Shown piece after piece: positions 13,981 to 27,165 of a DNA stretch of 64,000 nucleotides; position 1 is the first letter of the stretch; each line of letters begins with the position of its first letter. Position numbers and translations under genes: made by a program. The notes under the pieces are model-generated. The model was given only the letters and a program-made list of their open reading frames with translations. It did not search any database and was not told the DNA's origin. The DNA comes from Octopus vulgaris. Taxonomy: Eukaryota. The stretch is from the NCBI GenBank assembly GCA_951406725.2, contig OX597815.1:211544001-211608000 (forward strand), given 5' to 3'.

Positions 13981-14371
13981 TGGAGGCGCAATGGCCCAGT
14001 GGTTAGGGCAGCGGACTCGCGGTCATAGGATCGCGGTTTCGATTCCCAGACCGGGCGTTGTGAGTGTTTATTGAGCGAAAACACCTAAAGCTCCACGAGG
14101 CTCCGGCAGGGGATGGTGGTGATCCCTGCTGTACTCTTTCACCACAACTTTCTCTCACTCTTACATCCTGTTTCTGTTGTACCTGTATTTCAAAGGGCCG
14201 GCCTTGTCACTCTCTGTGTCACGCTGAATATCCCCGAGAACTACGTTAAGGGTACACGTGTCTGTGGAGTGCTCAGCCACTTACACGTTAATTTCACGAG
14301 CAGGCTGTTCCGTTGATTCGGATCAACCGGAACCCTCGCCGTCGTAACCGACGGAGTGCTTCCCTCCCTGA
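13981..14371 (+). mobile_element. SINE family C, full length, tRNA-derived head
   Basis: A box TGGCCCAGTGG, B box GGTTTCGATTCC. 10-bp target-site duplication gcatgcaagg at 13971-13980 and 14372-14381. Confidence 0.88.
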
Positions 14372-14620
14372 GCATGCAAGGAAATCCATTTTTTATCTGC
14401 TTTTTATAGAACTCCTTCTGAGTAAAAGGAAGTAAAAGCAGAGTCGAATTGTTTGATATTTTCATGGGAGTATATAATGGGGATAAATATTGCTAAATTT
14501 CAGTCTACATATTCTAAACTTCTTATGACCTTTATTAAGACGTTGGCGTGTTAGTATCGCTCAATATGAACCGTTATAAATTAGACTTAAAAAAGAACAC
14601 ATAATTATTAACAGAATAAT

Positions 14621-14709
14621 TTGCCGAACCGCTAAGTTACGAGGACGTAAACACACCAGTATCGGTTGTCAAGCGATGTTGGGGGACAAACACAGACACA
14701 CAAACACAG

Positions 14710-14751
<42 letters not shown>

Positions 14752-14892
14752 ATTAGAGATAAAACCACTATTAGGCAAATCATAATAGTGGTTTTATCTC
14801 TAAATTAATATAATATAATATTTTACTATAAAATTGGATTCAATCCTAAATCTGATTTTTCCCTGTAAGTTTGGATTTATTCCCTAATAATT

Positions 14893-14936
<44 letters not shown>

Positions 14937-15098
14937 GACAGGCTTCTTTCAGTTTCCGTCTACCAAATCCACTCACAAGGCTTTGGTCAGCCCGAGGCTA
15001 TAGTAGAAGACACTTGCCCAATGTGCCACGCAGTGGGACTGAACCCTGAACCATGTGGTTGGTAAGCAAGCTACTTACCACACAGCCACTCCTACGCC
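14621..15098 (-). mobile_element. SINE family A (tail missing) with an insertion in its internal (TA)n
   Basis: Both SINE halves present, separated by TA tracts and the 14744-14897 insert. Confidence 0.85.
14744..14897 (+). mobile_element. Short hairpin-plus-tail insertion in (TA)n, putative truncated Penelope-like terminus
   Basis: attagagataaaaccactatta / taatagtggttttatctctaa inverted pair, then an AT-rich tail. (TA)n on both sides. Confidence 0.5.
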
Positions 15099-15346
15099 TA
15101 TATATATATATATATATATTAGTTATTTCTTTTACCAAGCCTAATACATTTCATATAAGGGTTATGTTGTGAACCAATAAATTCCTCCCCCCTTCTTTCT
15201 ATTTTTCATCATATTCAGATATGTACGCTAGGTTTCGATTAAAAATTATTTATTGTCATTTTTCATGAACATCTGAAGATTTGTAGCACAGACCATCGAT
15301 TTCAGTCTTCAAAATACATACATACATGCATACATACATACATACC

Positions 15347-15577
15347 TATTTCTTTATTACCCACAAGGGGCTAAACATAGAGGGGACAAACAAGGACAAA
15401 CATAGGTATTAAGTCGATTACATCGACCCCAGTGCGTAACTGGTACTTAATTTATCGACCCCGAAAGGATGAAAGGCAATGTCAACCTCGGCGGAATTTG
15501 AACTCACAACGTAACGACAAGCGAAATACCGTTAAATATTTCTCCCGGCGTGCTAACGTTTCTGCCAGCTCTCCGCC
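15347..15577 (-). mobile_element. SINE family B
   Basis: Same core as other B copies. Confidence 0.85.
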
Positions 15578-15997
15578 TACATTCATACATACATACATGC
15601 ATGTATACATACATACATACATACATACATACATACATACATACATACATACATACATACATACATACGTACATACATAATTTTAAAATAGGATAAAATC
15701 TTTATAAGAATTTATCAAGTTGTTAGCGTGAAAAACCTCACAAGAGAAAAAAAAACATCAATGTTTTTCTTTTAAACGTATTCATTTTTATTTTATAGAG
15801 GGCATTATTACACATAAATGCCTCATGCTAGGAAGGACTTTCGAAGTCAAAACTACTAAGATAAACATACATACATAAAGCATGCAGGCACTCCACGTAT
15901 ACACATACATAAATATACGCATAACTATATATGTATATAAAAATCTTTGCAAAACATACTTGATACAGTCACAATATTTAAAGAAAGAAAGATCTAA

Positions 15998-16270
15998 AGC
16001 GGTGAACTTCTAGATCCGTTAGCATGCCGGACAAAATGCTTTGCAGCATTTCGTCCGTCTTTACATTCCGAGTTCAAGTTTTACCGAGATCGACTTTGCC
16101 TTTCAACCTTTCGGGTTCGATGAAAAAAGAGCCATTGGGGTCGATGAAATCGTCTTACCCCCTCCCCCATTCTTTCTGGCTCGATGAAAAAAGAGCCATT
16201 GGGGTCGATGAAATCGTCTTACCCCCTCCTCCATTCTGTCTGGCCTTGTGCCAAAATTTTAAACCAATAT
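15998..16270 (+). mobile_element. SINE family B variant with internal ~63-bp tandem duplication
   Basis: tcgatgaaaaaagagccattggggtcgatgaaatcgtcttacccc occurs at 16117 and 16181. Confidence 0.7.
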
Positions 16271-16524
16271 TGAAAGAAAGATTTTCTTAAAAGTTATTAA
16301 CTTTTAAAAGATTCCTAGAGAAGCAACGAAGTATTCGTATTGTGTGTAAGCGTTTTCGTTGCTCAGTTTTTCAGACACTGTGTTTGGTGTAATCTGCATA
16401 GAGGAAGCAGCATTTAAATTCGTATATACATATATAACGTGTGGTGGGGGGTTTACTCACGAACACACACACACACACATACGCACGCACACACATACAC
16501 ACACAAACGCACACACGTATATAT

Positions 16525-16767
16525 TTCTTATTTCTTATTTCTTTATTGCCCACAAGGGGCTAAACATAGAGGAGACAAACAAGGACAGACAAACGGATTA
16601 AGTCGATTACATCGACCCCAGTGCGTAACTGGTACTTAATTTATCTATCCTGAAAGGATGAAAGGCAAAGTCGACCTCGGAGGAATTTGAACTCAGAACG
16701 TAGCGACAGACGAAATACCGCTACGCATTTCGCCCGGTGTGCTAACGGTTCTGCCAGCTCACCGCCT
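16525..16767 (-). mobile_element. SINE family B
   Basis: Full head, core and aagaaat tail. Confidence 0.88.
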
Positions 16768-18328
16768 TAACACGTATATATTTCTGTCATGATTAGGATG
16801 GTGATAATGTTGAGCATCATCATTATCATCGTCAATATGAACAGTCCTGTAGCTGGCGGGTGGCATCGTTAGCGCATCGCTGATGCTCGCCAAGTTACAG
16901 AAATAATCTAAGCCATTTTCCATAGTTCTTCGTTTACTTCTCCGAGCTTGCAAAGTAATTTTAGAAAGTCGCTATCATCTTGTCCATAGATTTATTATAT
17001 ACCAAATTAACTTTCATCTTTTGACGTTCTTCAGTAAGGCATAAAATTTTGATGTGACTCATAGGTTCTATTTTCAGTATAGAAGATGTCAATGAGGTGT
17101 GGTAACATTTCACATGTGAAAACTATAACATATGTATTTATCTATGTGATCAATGATGACAGTCTAATTTCACAAACACATAAAGACATGATAAAGCAGA
17201 ACTCGGCCTCGTTTCAGTGCTACTACACGTTATGCTTTGAATCTCCATATTATTGTTCTTAATACTGTTGATGCTATCTGAGTTATTTTTGCTTCGAACT
17301 TATGTAATATATTTAGACTCTTCCTCTCTCTAGTAACTGCATTTCATGTGAAATGACAAGTTTTACCCAGTATCTCACGGTCTTTTAATGCTGAGTTAAT
17401 ATATCTAAGTTTTGGATCTTTGCTTCTATATCCCCTGTTTTGCTTGTTTGTTGCTTCTCGTTTTCGAGATATACATGGCACCTAAGACAAATGCATTCTA
17501 CTATAACATCAGATTGACCAAAGCTATGTAAGGGAAATTTGGCTGTCGGTAATTATGAATGAATCCCATCAGAAGGATTGTTCCTGCCCTTGGTTGGTAG
17601 CATTAATTAATCAGTTGACTCAAATTAAGAGCAATCAAGTTTCAAGTAGTGGTGATTTAACATCAATATCTGGAACTTGGTTGCCTTTAGCGGAGTTAAT
17701 TCTGCCGTAAGTATTCTTGCCAAATCTCCGACCTAAGGATACATTTAGTCTTTTTCCTACCAGTTTGGAAGGTCCTGAAAAGAGTCGTAATTTCTGCTAT
17801 TCTTCTGAAAACAAGATGAAAAGCGATAATAAAAATGTATGAAGTAATGTGAACCGTGTAACCTATATTTACACTTTCAAAGCATTTTTGAGGAATTTCA
17901 TATTTTCGAGGCAACTCACTAATCTAAAAATTGTATTATATAACGGACACGTATTTGTGAATAACCGAAAATTGTTTTTGTAGTAATAAGGTGAGCAAAT
18001 ATATATATAAGAGACTATGTGTACAAGTAGATATACGTCTAATACTGTAATGTTTAGAGCTCCACAGAGATTTCCATAATGCAGTTTGCTTTCTGTATTG
18101 TTAGTGTACTGAGTAGTATTACCAGTTATGAACTACGGATGAAATTCAGTGAAGTACGGATAAATGCCAGTTTATATAAAAGTTCCTACGCGCATATCTT
18201 CCTTATAGTTGTTTGAAGCTATGCGGTATAAGTTGGAAATGCATATAAATGATCAACCACAACAGATCCCCAGGAAACACTTTATTGTATCGAGTTACAG
18301 ATAACTGTGCCCCATATATGTATGTATG

Positions 18329-18388
<60 letters not shown>

Positions 18389-18398
18389 TACACATATA

Positions 18399-18553
18399 TG
18401 GAACAAAAACGCAATAGAGGACAAAACATTCAGACAGGTAAACGATACAAAGGCGGACAAGAGAAACAACAATTAGGACAGGCAAAAAAAGACGGGTCAT
18501 TCATGGCCTTCTTTCCTCAGTCACGTAGAAGTCACGAACGTTTGGGGCAGTTA

Positions 18554-18557
<4 letters not shown>
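18399..18557 (-). mobile_element. Short (TA)n-flanked insert, possible decayed ribozyme-bearing PLE terminus
   Basis: Minus strand reads AAACGT...CTGAGGA followed by a pyrimidine-rich tail. Stems not convincing. Confidence 0.3.
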
Positions 18558-18647
<90 letters not shown>

Positions 18648-18783
18648 ATACAGTGTACATTCAAACACAAACGAGATACCCAAAGTATATGATATCTGAC
18701 TCACTAGAAAGGGCAGTTAAACTCTAAGCCACTAATTGTTGTAATTCCGAAAGTGATTGAAAAATAAAAACTTTTACCTTAAT

Positions 18784-18870
18784 CCTAGACCCTGCAAGGT
18801 TTCTGCAGACTTAAATACAGATTGAAATAAAATAATTTGAGCCTATATCTGGCGCTGCGTCTTCAGTAGG
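18784..18870 (-). ncRNA. Type I hammerhead ribozyme
   Basis: Minus strand: CCUA-CUGAAGA-cGCAG...CUGCa-GAAACC-UUGCAG-GGUC-UAGG (stem I CCUA/UAGG, stem III ACC/GGU, GUC cleavage triplet). Confidence 0.75.
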
Positions 18871-18996
18871 TTGCCAGGAATGGACACATAGACAAGGAGC
18901 GATAAATAATCAGCCACGTGTCTATAGGTTCTAATTTTTCTATAGACACGTGGCTGATTATTTATCGCTCTGTGCCTATGTGTTCATTCCTGGCAA

Positions 18997-19083
18997 CCTA
19001 CTGAAGACGCAGCGCCAGATATAGGCTCAAATTATTTTATTTCAATCTGTATTTAAGTCTGCAGAAAACTTGCAGGGTCTAGG
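18997..19083 (+). ncRNA. Type I hammerhead ribozyme (mirror copy, stem III slightly altered)
   Basis: ccta-ctgaaga-cgcag...ctgca-gaaaacttgcagggtc-tagg. Confidence 0.6.
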
Positions 19084-19265
19084 ATTAAGGTAAAAGTTTT
19101 TATTTTTCAATCACTTTCGGAATTACAACAATTAGTGGCTTGGAGTTTAACTGCTCTTTCTAGCGAGTCAGATATCCTATACTTTGGGTATCTCTTTTGT
19201 GTTTGAATGTACACTGTATTCTTCTCTGAATAAATATTCTTGCTACTCTAAGATTTTAATTAATG

Positions 19266-19369
<104 letters not shown>

Positions 19370-19479
19370 TGTATGTATGTATGTATGTATGTATGTATGT
19401 ATGTATGTATGTATGTATGTATGTATGTATTTATTTATTTATTTATTTATTTATTATTTATTTATTTATTTATTTATAT

Positions 19480-19518
<39 letters not shown>

Positions 19519-20309
19519 TATATATGCTGTTTTTGCTCCGTGTACTTCTAAGTATTTGAAATACATCGAGACACAGTAATAAGAATATTCTAATGCTGAA
19601 ACTAAGGAAAATTATTCTCTCTTCAAATGCCGCTGCAATCAGTACCGCTATGTAGTGGTTTTGAAATATTTTTCGTACGTTCTGATTGGAAAAGAAGCAC
19701 TGTGGTAGACTATTGAGTAGAACTTCTGAATCAGCGATCTGGTTTCAATTCCCGCCGACGGAGACAATCACTTTTTCTTTTGTTGTACTTTTCTTTTCTA
19801 ATTAAAACTAAGTAGAGCCCCCCTTGAAAAATATTTTTATCGAATGAAATAAAATTGATATTTGGTAGGAAATTGTGAGGTAAATGTTCTAGGAAGGTGT
19901 AATTCAAGAAATATTAGTATTAGGTAAAGTACATAGCTTAGGGTTTATGAATACAAATGCATTACGGGAATAAGATATGCGAAGATGTTTAAGTCGGTTG
20001 ATATGCAACAAGCCAGTTGATAGAAGCATCAGATGTTATAATAACAATTTCAAAAATATGCAGGAGTGGACTACAGATGGCTTATTCTGAGATTCAATGT
20101 AATGTAATATTTTGTCTGACTCATTTAACATAGAAGCACACCATCCCAGATATGAGAGCAGAATTTCAGTTCTCCACCTGTGTCTTTATAAACAAATGTC
20201 TAATCTTGTCAGAATTTTGACTATTTTAAGGAAGTTCCCAGTAAACATTGAAATGGTTCGAGTCATAGCTGTGACTGTACTATCAGGTAAGATTATTAGT
20301 TATGACTCA

Positions 20310-20635
20310 TCGATTTGAAAAGCTTTGAAGAAAAAAAGACCCCCTTTAGTGAATCGAAACGGAGTGATGTTTCATCAAGACAATGCGCGACCCCACACTG
20401 CAAAGATCACATTACAGAAGATCAAAGAGCTTGGTTGGGAAAAAATTCATCATCCACCTTATTCTCCCGACCTTGCTCCTTCAGACTACCATTTGTTTCG
20501 TAGTTTACAGAATCATTTGAGGGACATAACTTTCGCAAGCCAGGAGGAGTTCTTCACTTCAAAACCAAAAGATTTTTACATTGATGGGATTAAAAAGCTT
20601 GTAAATAGATGGAAGTAAGTCATAGATAATCATGG
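20310..20635 (+). mobile_element. Mariner transposase C-terminal fragment (same family as 10278-11489)
   Basis: FHQDNARPH...HPPYSPDLAPSDYHLF (D34D region). Closely similar in nucleotide sequence to 11090-11410. Confidence 0.9.
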
Positions 20636-20917
20636 AGTTTCGTGGAGATTAAAAGTATGACATGTAGTTTATGATACTTAGAGATGTTTATGGTAATCGA
20701 TATAGCATTAAAGTGGCAACAATGACACATTGATTAGTTGGAACACAAGTGTTATATACATCTTGGAAATAAATCATGCACAAATGTGTTTATATATTTC
20801 CGTATAGTGATTAGTGATTTGACTGAACTTACCGCCCTTACAATATCTGAGAATTTAGTTAGAAAACAAACGTTTATATTAACAGTCAATGGAATCTCTA
20901 TAGATCCATATATATTC

Positions 20918-20948
<31 letters not shown>

Positions 20949-20968
20949 TAAATGTCTATATCTCTCTA

Positions 20969-21040
<72 letters not shown>

Positions 21041-21544
21041 AAGAGAGAGACAGACAGACAGAGAGGGACAGAGAGAAAGAGAGATGGAGAAAGAAGTTAA
21101 TATAAGGGTAAGCAAGTTAGGCAGGTCAATATACAAAATATATTAGATACATGAAATACAATTTCATCATTGAACTCATTTCTGTCAATACCTCATATGT
21201 AAGATCTCTTCCCTGAAGACCGACGATGCACTCAATCTACAAACATTCTTTTGGACCACCGAACTCCCAGAAACAGCTGTTAGATTTGTAATACTTTTCT
21301 TCAGTCCCTTTAATCCTTGATATTATTTCTATCCTGTTTAAGTCAGACCGTTTTGTTATGTAAACGTACATATTCTTGTATTTCACATATTTAATATACT
21401 TTGTATATTGGTCTGCTTAACTTGCTTTTCCTTACATTTACTTCTCTACTCGTTCAAGTTTAACCCTCTTGAGCACCACTAAGTATATTCTATACGGAGA
21501 ATATTTGATTCGCATTTATGAAATATATATATATATATATATTT

Positions 21545-22010
21545 CAGAAATGTAATCGCATGTGGACTGTTGACGATTTTTCCTCCATCTTCCTTCTTTT
21601 TCTTTGGACTTTTCTGTTTTTCCTGTCACTGACGAAGAACTATACTCGAAACGTAATTAGGGCGACAAGCTGGCAGAATCGTAAGCACGCCGGGCGAAAT
21701 ACTTGGCGGTATTTCGTCTGCCGTTACGTTCTGAGTTCAAATTCCGCCGAGGTCGACTTTGCCTTTCAACCTTTTGGGGTTGATTAAATAAGTACCAGTT
21801 ACGCACTGGGGTCGATGTAATCGACTTAATCCGTTTGTCTGTCCTTGTATATCCCCTCTATATTTAGCTCCCTGGGGGCAATAATGAAAAATATGCTCGA
21901 AGCGTTAAACAACAACCCTCTTCTTTCTCCGAGCGTCATTAATACATTACTTGTGCTACGTACTCACGTTTGTTTAGTTATTTTCTTTTCCTCTCTGTCT
22001 TTTGAATATA
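21545..22010 (+). mobile_element. Short hammerhead-bearing element (family H1) interrupted by a SINE B
   Basis: ctgacga-agaactatactc-gaaacgta at 21629-21655. Tail ccgagcgtcattaatac... is homologous to the reverse complement of 29331-29415. Confidence 0.6.
21660..21890 (+). mobile_element. SINE family B
   Basis: Full copy with a degenerate TSD tatactcgaaacgtaa / tatgctcgaagcgtta. Confidence 0.85.
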
Positions 22011-22646
22011 TATGACCCATAATAATAGAATAAAAAAGCGAAGCGAATGACTCATACGAAGGACGCGGAATACAGAAATAAATGAATCTGCGGATTTTAG
22101 GTAGATATATATATTCTAATATTTATTTTAAAAGTATAAATAAAAGAGGAAATGAAAAGCTATTGAAACCGTTCCAAGCATTACACTACTCTAACGAGGT
22201 GCTATATAAAAACTGTTAGATAAGTTGCTTAACTGTTTTTATATAACCTTCTTTCTAACAGATCTTTACGAAGAGGAATTGTGATGGTGTTATTATTATA
22301 ACTGTTCCTGCAGCTATTACTGATGCCAGTAGTTTCATGATAAAGAAATAGATGAAACATTAAGGTGTGTCGGCTCTCTTACATCGATAGAACTATCGGA
22401 GTGCGACGGAAAAACTTGCCCCTATTTTATACTGTTTTATTTTTTTTGCGGCACGAGTAGACAGGTAATAAATGTATCTTCATGTAGCAAATATTTCATC
22501 GCGTTTTTTATTCAGTTATCAATATGATTTTACACAGGTATATACTCTACCTTTACTGTTGAAATATTTGTCAATCTGTAAAATATTGGAGTTCTTTTCG
22601 GAAACTTTTATAAAACTGTGAAAGTGTAACGTTCTAGATTCGTTTA

Positions 22647-23041
22647 CACTTTTACTTGTTTCAGTCATTTGACTGTGGCTATGCTGGAGCACCACCTTTA
22701 GTCGAGCAAATCGACTCCAGGAGTTAATCTTTGTAAGCCTAGTACTTATTCTATCGGTCTCTTTTGCTGAACCGCTAAGTTACGGAGACGTAAACACACC
22801 AGCATCGGTTGTCAAATGATGTTGGGGGACAAAGATACACAAACATATACACACACATATACATATATATACATATATACGACCGGCTTCTTTTCAGTTT
22901 CCGTCTACCAAATCCACTCACAAGACTATGGTCGGCCCGAGGTTATAGTAGAAGACACTTGCCCAAGGTGCCACGCGGTGGGACTGAACTGGGAACCGTG
23001 TGGTTGATCAGCAAGCTACTTACCACACAGCCACTCCTACG
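22647..23041 (-). mobile_element. SINE family A, full length
   Basis: Head, internal CA/TA tract and tail all present. Confidence 0.88.
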
Positions 23042-23183
23042 ACGGTAAAAAAAAGTGTAAACGTGTAGTGAATTGAATTATAGTGTCTCAGGTATTTGGA
23101 ATAGCTTCAATATTGTCATTATTGAGGTGAATATTAGTTTATAGTACAAAACCGCAACTCACTCGGATTTACTATTTGATTTA

Positions 23184-23203
23184 ATATTTGATTCGCATTT
23201 ATG

Positions 23204-23246
<43 letters not shown>

Positions 23247-23498
23247 TCAGAAATGTAATCGCATGTGGACTGTTGGCGATTTTTCCTCCATCTTCCTTCT
23301 TTTTCTTTGGACTTTCCTGTTTTTCCCGTCACTGACGAAGAGCTATGCTCGAAACGTAATTAGGACGGCGAGCTGGCAGAATCGTAAGCACGCCGGGCGA
23401 AATACTTGGCGGTATTTCGTCTGCCGTTACGTTCTGAGTTCAAATTCCGCCGAGGTCGACTTTGCCCTTCATCCTTTAGGGGTCGATTAAATAAGTAC
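23184..23498 (+). repeat. Direct duplication of about 21501-21796 (H1 element 5' part plus SINE B 5' part)
   Basis: Near-identical ORFs 21518..21787 and 23188..23490. Confidence 0.9.
23332..23358 (+). ncRNA. Minimal hammerhead core (H1)
   Basis: CUGACGA-A-GAGC-UAU-GCUC-GAAACGUA. Stem I partner lost to the SINE insertion. Confidence 0.55.
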
Positions 23499-25611
23499 GT
23501 TGTTCGGTTTATTTTTACACAGGAGTTTAGTCATTCCATCTAAACCCGCAGGAATACCGTTGAATTGTTGCTGTTTTTGTTGCTGTTGTCTCTGTTATCA
23601 TCCTTGTTTTTAATATATGCTGACATTGTCTGTAAAAGTGTTGTTAGGTGATGTTTCTCTATTGATATCATTGCTTATTTCTAGCATTTTTTCTATCTCT
23701 TTTGCTTTGTATCCTTTAGTTATTTCCATGCTCATTGTTGTTGCTCTGATCGTTAATGTTATTGTCTCGTTTCTACCACATCACTTCTGTTATTGTTTAT
23801 ATATTTCTTTCATTTCGGTTTTGTTATTACAGCGTTTATTGACTGCAGTGTGCCTGTTGCCTTTAATATCATTAAGCTAATTTTCCTATTGTTGCTATTT
23901 GCCAGTCTATTAATGTTTAAAGAGACTGCTGATACCAGCATGGCTATTATTTTTAGTAACCTAACAACGAAATGTCACCCAAGCAGAACAGGGCATTTAT
24001 ATGGGACAAACATAGAATCACAATTTTAAAAATCCAACTTTCGCCGACATTGTTTAAAGGAAATATTTTAATGGCGCCGGTAATTAATACACAAAGCATA
24101 TCTGGACAAAACTAGAACTTGGTTTAAAATAAATTTTCTGCCTCCAATGAGGTCATTGATAGGAAAGATATGAGTACTACAGTACCCAATCCATTTCCTC
24201 TAGTTTTTGTGTAAATGTTGCTATTGCTTAACCCTTGGTCAGTCTTGATCGGGTAAACCCTATGATAAAAAGCATCCCAGCCTTATCTATCCAGTCGTTT
24301 TACGGTTCTGTAGGACTAGTTTATGTAGTCTGTCGTTTCCTTTTTTCTTTCCTTATGATTTGAGGGAGACTTGGGTACTATTTCTAGCTGGTCAAGCAAC
24401 CCATACAGAAGCTACGACAATGCTAATAGTTTTTCAGGCGGGTTACTCTTCTTTAAAATGTTTAACGTTAATTCCCAAGATGTATATTGTTAGTGTAAAG
24501 AAATAGAGCTAGAAACTTCTTTGTTTTATGTGAACACTTTTACTTCGCTTTTTCCCCTTCTTTTGCAATATTCGTCTCTAGTTTTTTAATCATCTTTTCC
24601 CTTGCTGTCTTTGACATTATAACCAGAAACTGAATCGAGAGTAAAATACATTTTTATATCTTCATTTGATGTTTAACAATCCCGACTAACATGAATTGCA
24701 AATGCTCTACTATCTTTCTCTTCATCTTTATTATTGTTATTTTTATAAACACACACTCAAAAAAATTCATTCTGATGGTAGAAGGTGGACCTGCAAAATG
24801 TCTGCTGTGATTGCAGCTTATCTAGTTAGTATTTATGTATATGAGAATATGTCTGTATAGATTTGTATATCTGGGTACGTGAGTGCATATGTTATAAAAT
24901 CTAATTATATATACATATATGCAAGTATAAATATATATTTGTGTGTGCATCTGCTTGAATGTGTGCCTCTGCGCATGCGCGCATTAGGAGTAAGATAGAG
25001 AACATCAGTGAAAGACTAGTTTCTTTAATAGCTCTGTGCAATATGAATATATATATATTTCCAGACGTCTCAGTAGGAAATGATTTCAATTTCTCTGTAG
25101 ACGTCGGAAAGAAAATCTTTTCAATTAACCCAGCGACACTAGTTTGAAACCTTTCTAAATAACACCTAAAAAAAAATCATTTAAATTTTTGTGTTCATAT
25201 GAATTACAGAGCAGACCCGAATGAATGGTATGTCGGTTAATGTGGAATGCATTTAATAGGTTAGTGTATGTATAAGATGCGGCAGCGAACGGAAGCAAGC
25301 ATCGAGGATGCCAGAACTAGATGTACCGAGCTACTATCATTAAGTATTTCATTTGAATATGGTTTGTGGATAGATTACTCTCAGATCATATATCAAAGGG
25401 ATATTATAATTAAAACCCTGGACGATAGATATAAAAGGCTCGAGATTCTGGGCAAATCATAAATCACAGTATGTCTTAGTCGATCTCCTTGTAAAAGGTT
25501 CTAAAAACATATTCTACTAAATCACATTCAGAAACTGCAAAGTTTCTGTATGCAATTGAAGTGAAGTGAAATGTAAAGAATCCATTTCAAAATCATCTCA
25601 TTCGCAGTAAA

Positions 25612-26002
25612 TCTTTATATATAAAGCTGAAATTGTCTGTGTATGGCAGGTTTGGTAGCCTTCAACTAACACTATCTCCTCCGAGACTCTGCGGCGCAAG
25701 TTGACCAAAATTGAGAGTATGATAGAAGAAGGCTTGCTTTTCCTTTCTTAGGAGAAAAAAATTCAAATCGTATCATGTTAACACCAAAAATTATTTACAT
25801 CACAAAGGTGCTTTTTTTCTATGAAAATCCCTATTTTTTACGATTTTTTGACTGCTGTGTCGCCATTTTTCGGTGTATTTCAACCAGAAAAATGTTCACT
25901 TAAAGAGAATAACAAGCTACATAATGCAAAATTTTTACTTTCCAAAAATTCCAATTCTAAAGGGTCGAAACAAACCCGAGCAACACCGGGTGGTACTGCT
26001 AG
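25612..26002 (+). mobile_element. Non-autonomous Helitron
   Basis: 5' A|TC (atctttatatataaagc), subterminal hairpin cccg-agcaacac-cggg, 3' CTAG|T. No TSD. Confidence 0.75.
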
Positions 26003-26743
26003 TTGTTGATAAACTAAGAAAATCTGTTTGTCCATCACGCCATTCTCACAATCATAAATACGATCATTTATACTTTAGCAATTTTGTGGGAAATATGCTG
26101 CTTTCTTTTTAAGCTGGCCCTGACTTTCCGACACATACAGAATAAACATTGAATCAGCCTTGACCTAAAGCGTCAGATTATCAACTTATCTCTATAAACG
26201 TTCACCGAAACGAAAGGCAGGGGGACATGCAGAAAGAAATTGATACATAAAGAGAAATAGTTTGAGAAAGAGAAGAGAAATAAAATAGATAATAAAATAT
26301 TGTAAAATAGTGATGAACTGAGAAGGGGCGGCACGGTATATATTTTCTGAGGAAGAAGAATCTTAATAGTAAAGATAAAATACACCAGAACTTCGTTGGA
26401 AATTGACTGCATCGCATAACTGAGGCTCTTGATAATTTTGTAAAATAAGTTCGTGCAATGAGCTTATTCCACAGAATTAAATCATGTTTTGCAGCGATCG
26501 TGTGACACAAATAGCGTACTAAAAGTAGCACAGTGAAAGCTAACAGTCTAGTAATTAATACAAATTGCATCCATAGAGATCATTATCTGTGATGATTGAT
26601 CGTTATCAAGGTTTAAATCAAGGTTTAAATCAATGGAAGTTAATTAGATATGGGATGAAGTGAGGAATGAGCTTGGTGGGATCAGTCTCAGCCAGTATCC
26701 AGTGAGGTTATACTATAGCGTGATAGAAATATGCAGTGAAATG

Positions 26744-27165
26744 TGGCGAGCTGGTAAAAATGTTAGCACGTCGGGCGAAATGCGTAGCCGTATTTCGTCT
26801 GCCGCTACGTCCTGAGTTCAAATTCCGCCGAGGTCGACTTTGCCTTTCATCCTTTCGGGGTCGATTAAATAAGTACCAGTTACTCACTGGGGTCGATGTA
26901 ATCGACTTAATCCGTTTGTCTGTCCTTGTTTGTCTTCTCCGTGTTTAGCCCCTTGTGGGTAGTAAAGAAATAGGTATTTCGTCTGCCGTTACGTTCTGAG
27001 TTCAAATTCTGCCGAGGTCAACTTTGCCTTTCATCCTTTCATCCTTTCGCGGTCGATTAAATAAGTACCAGTTACGCACTGGGGTCGATATAATCGACTT
27101 AATCCGTTTGTCTGTCCTTATTTGTCTCCTCTATGTTTAGCCCCTTGTGGACAGTAAAGAAATAG
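26744..27165 (+). mobile_element. SINE family B with duplicated body
   Basis: One head plus two tandem bodies (gtatttcgtctgcc...aaagaaatag). 16-bp TSD gaaatatgcagtgaaa at 26726-26741 and 27166-27181. Confidence 0.9.

Noticed and set aside
13981-14055. Functional tRNA gene (also SINE A/B heads)
   Set aside because: No proper acceptor stem or terminator; continues into a SINE body bounded by a TSD.
21213-21285. Possible hammerhead CTGAAGA...GAAACAGCTGTT
   Set aside because: Palindromic stem III is suggestive, but stems I and II do not pair. At best a decayed copy, so not counted.
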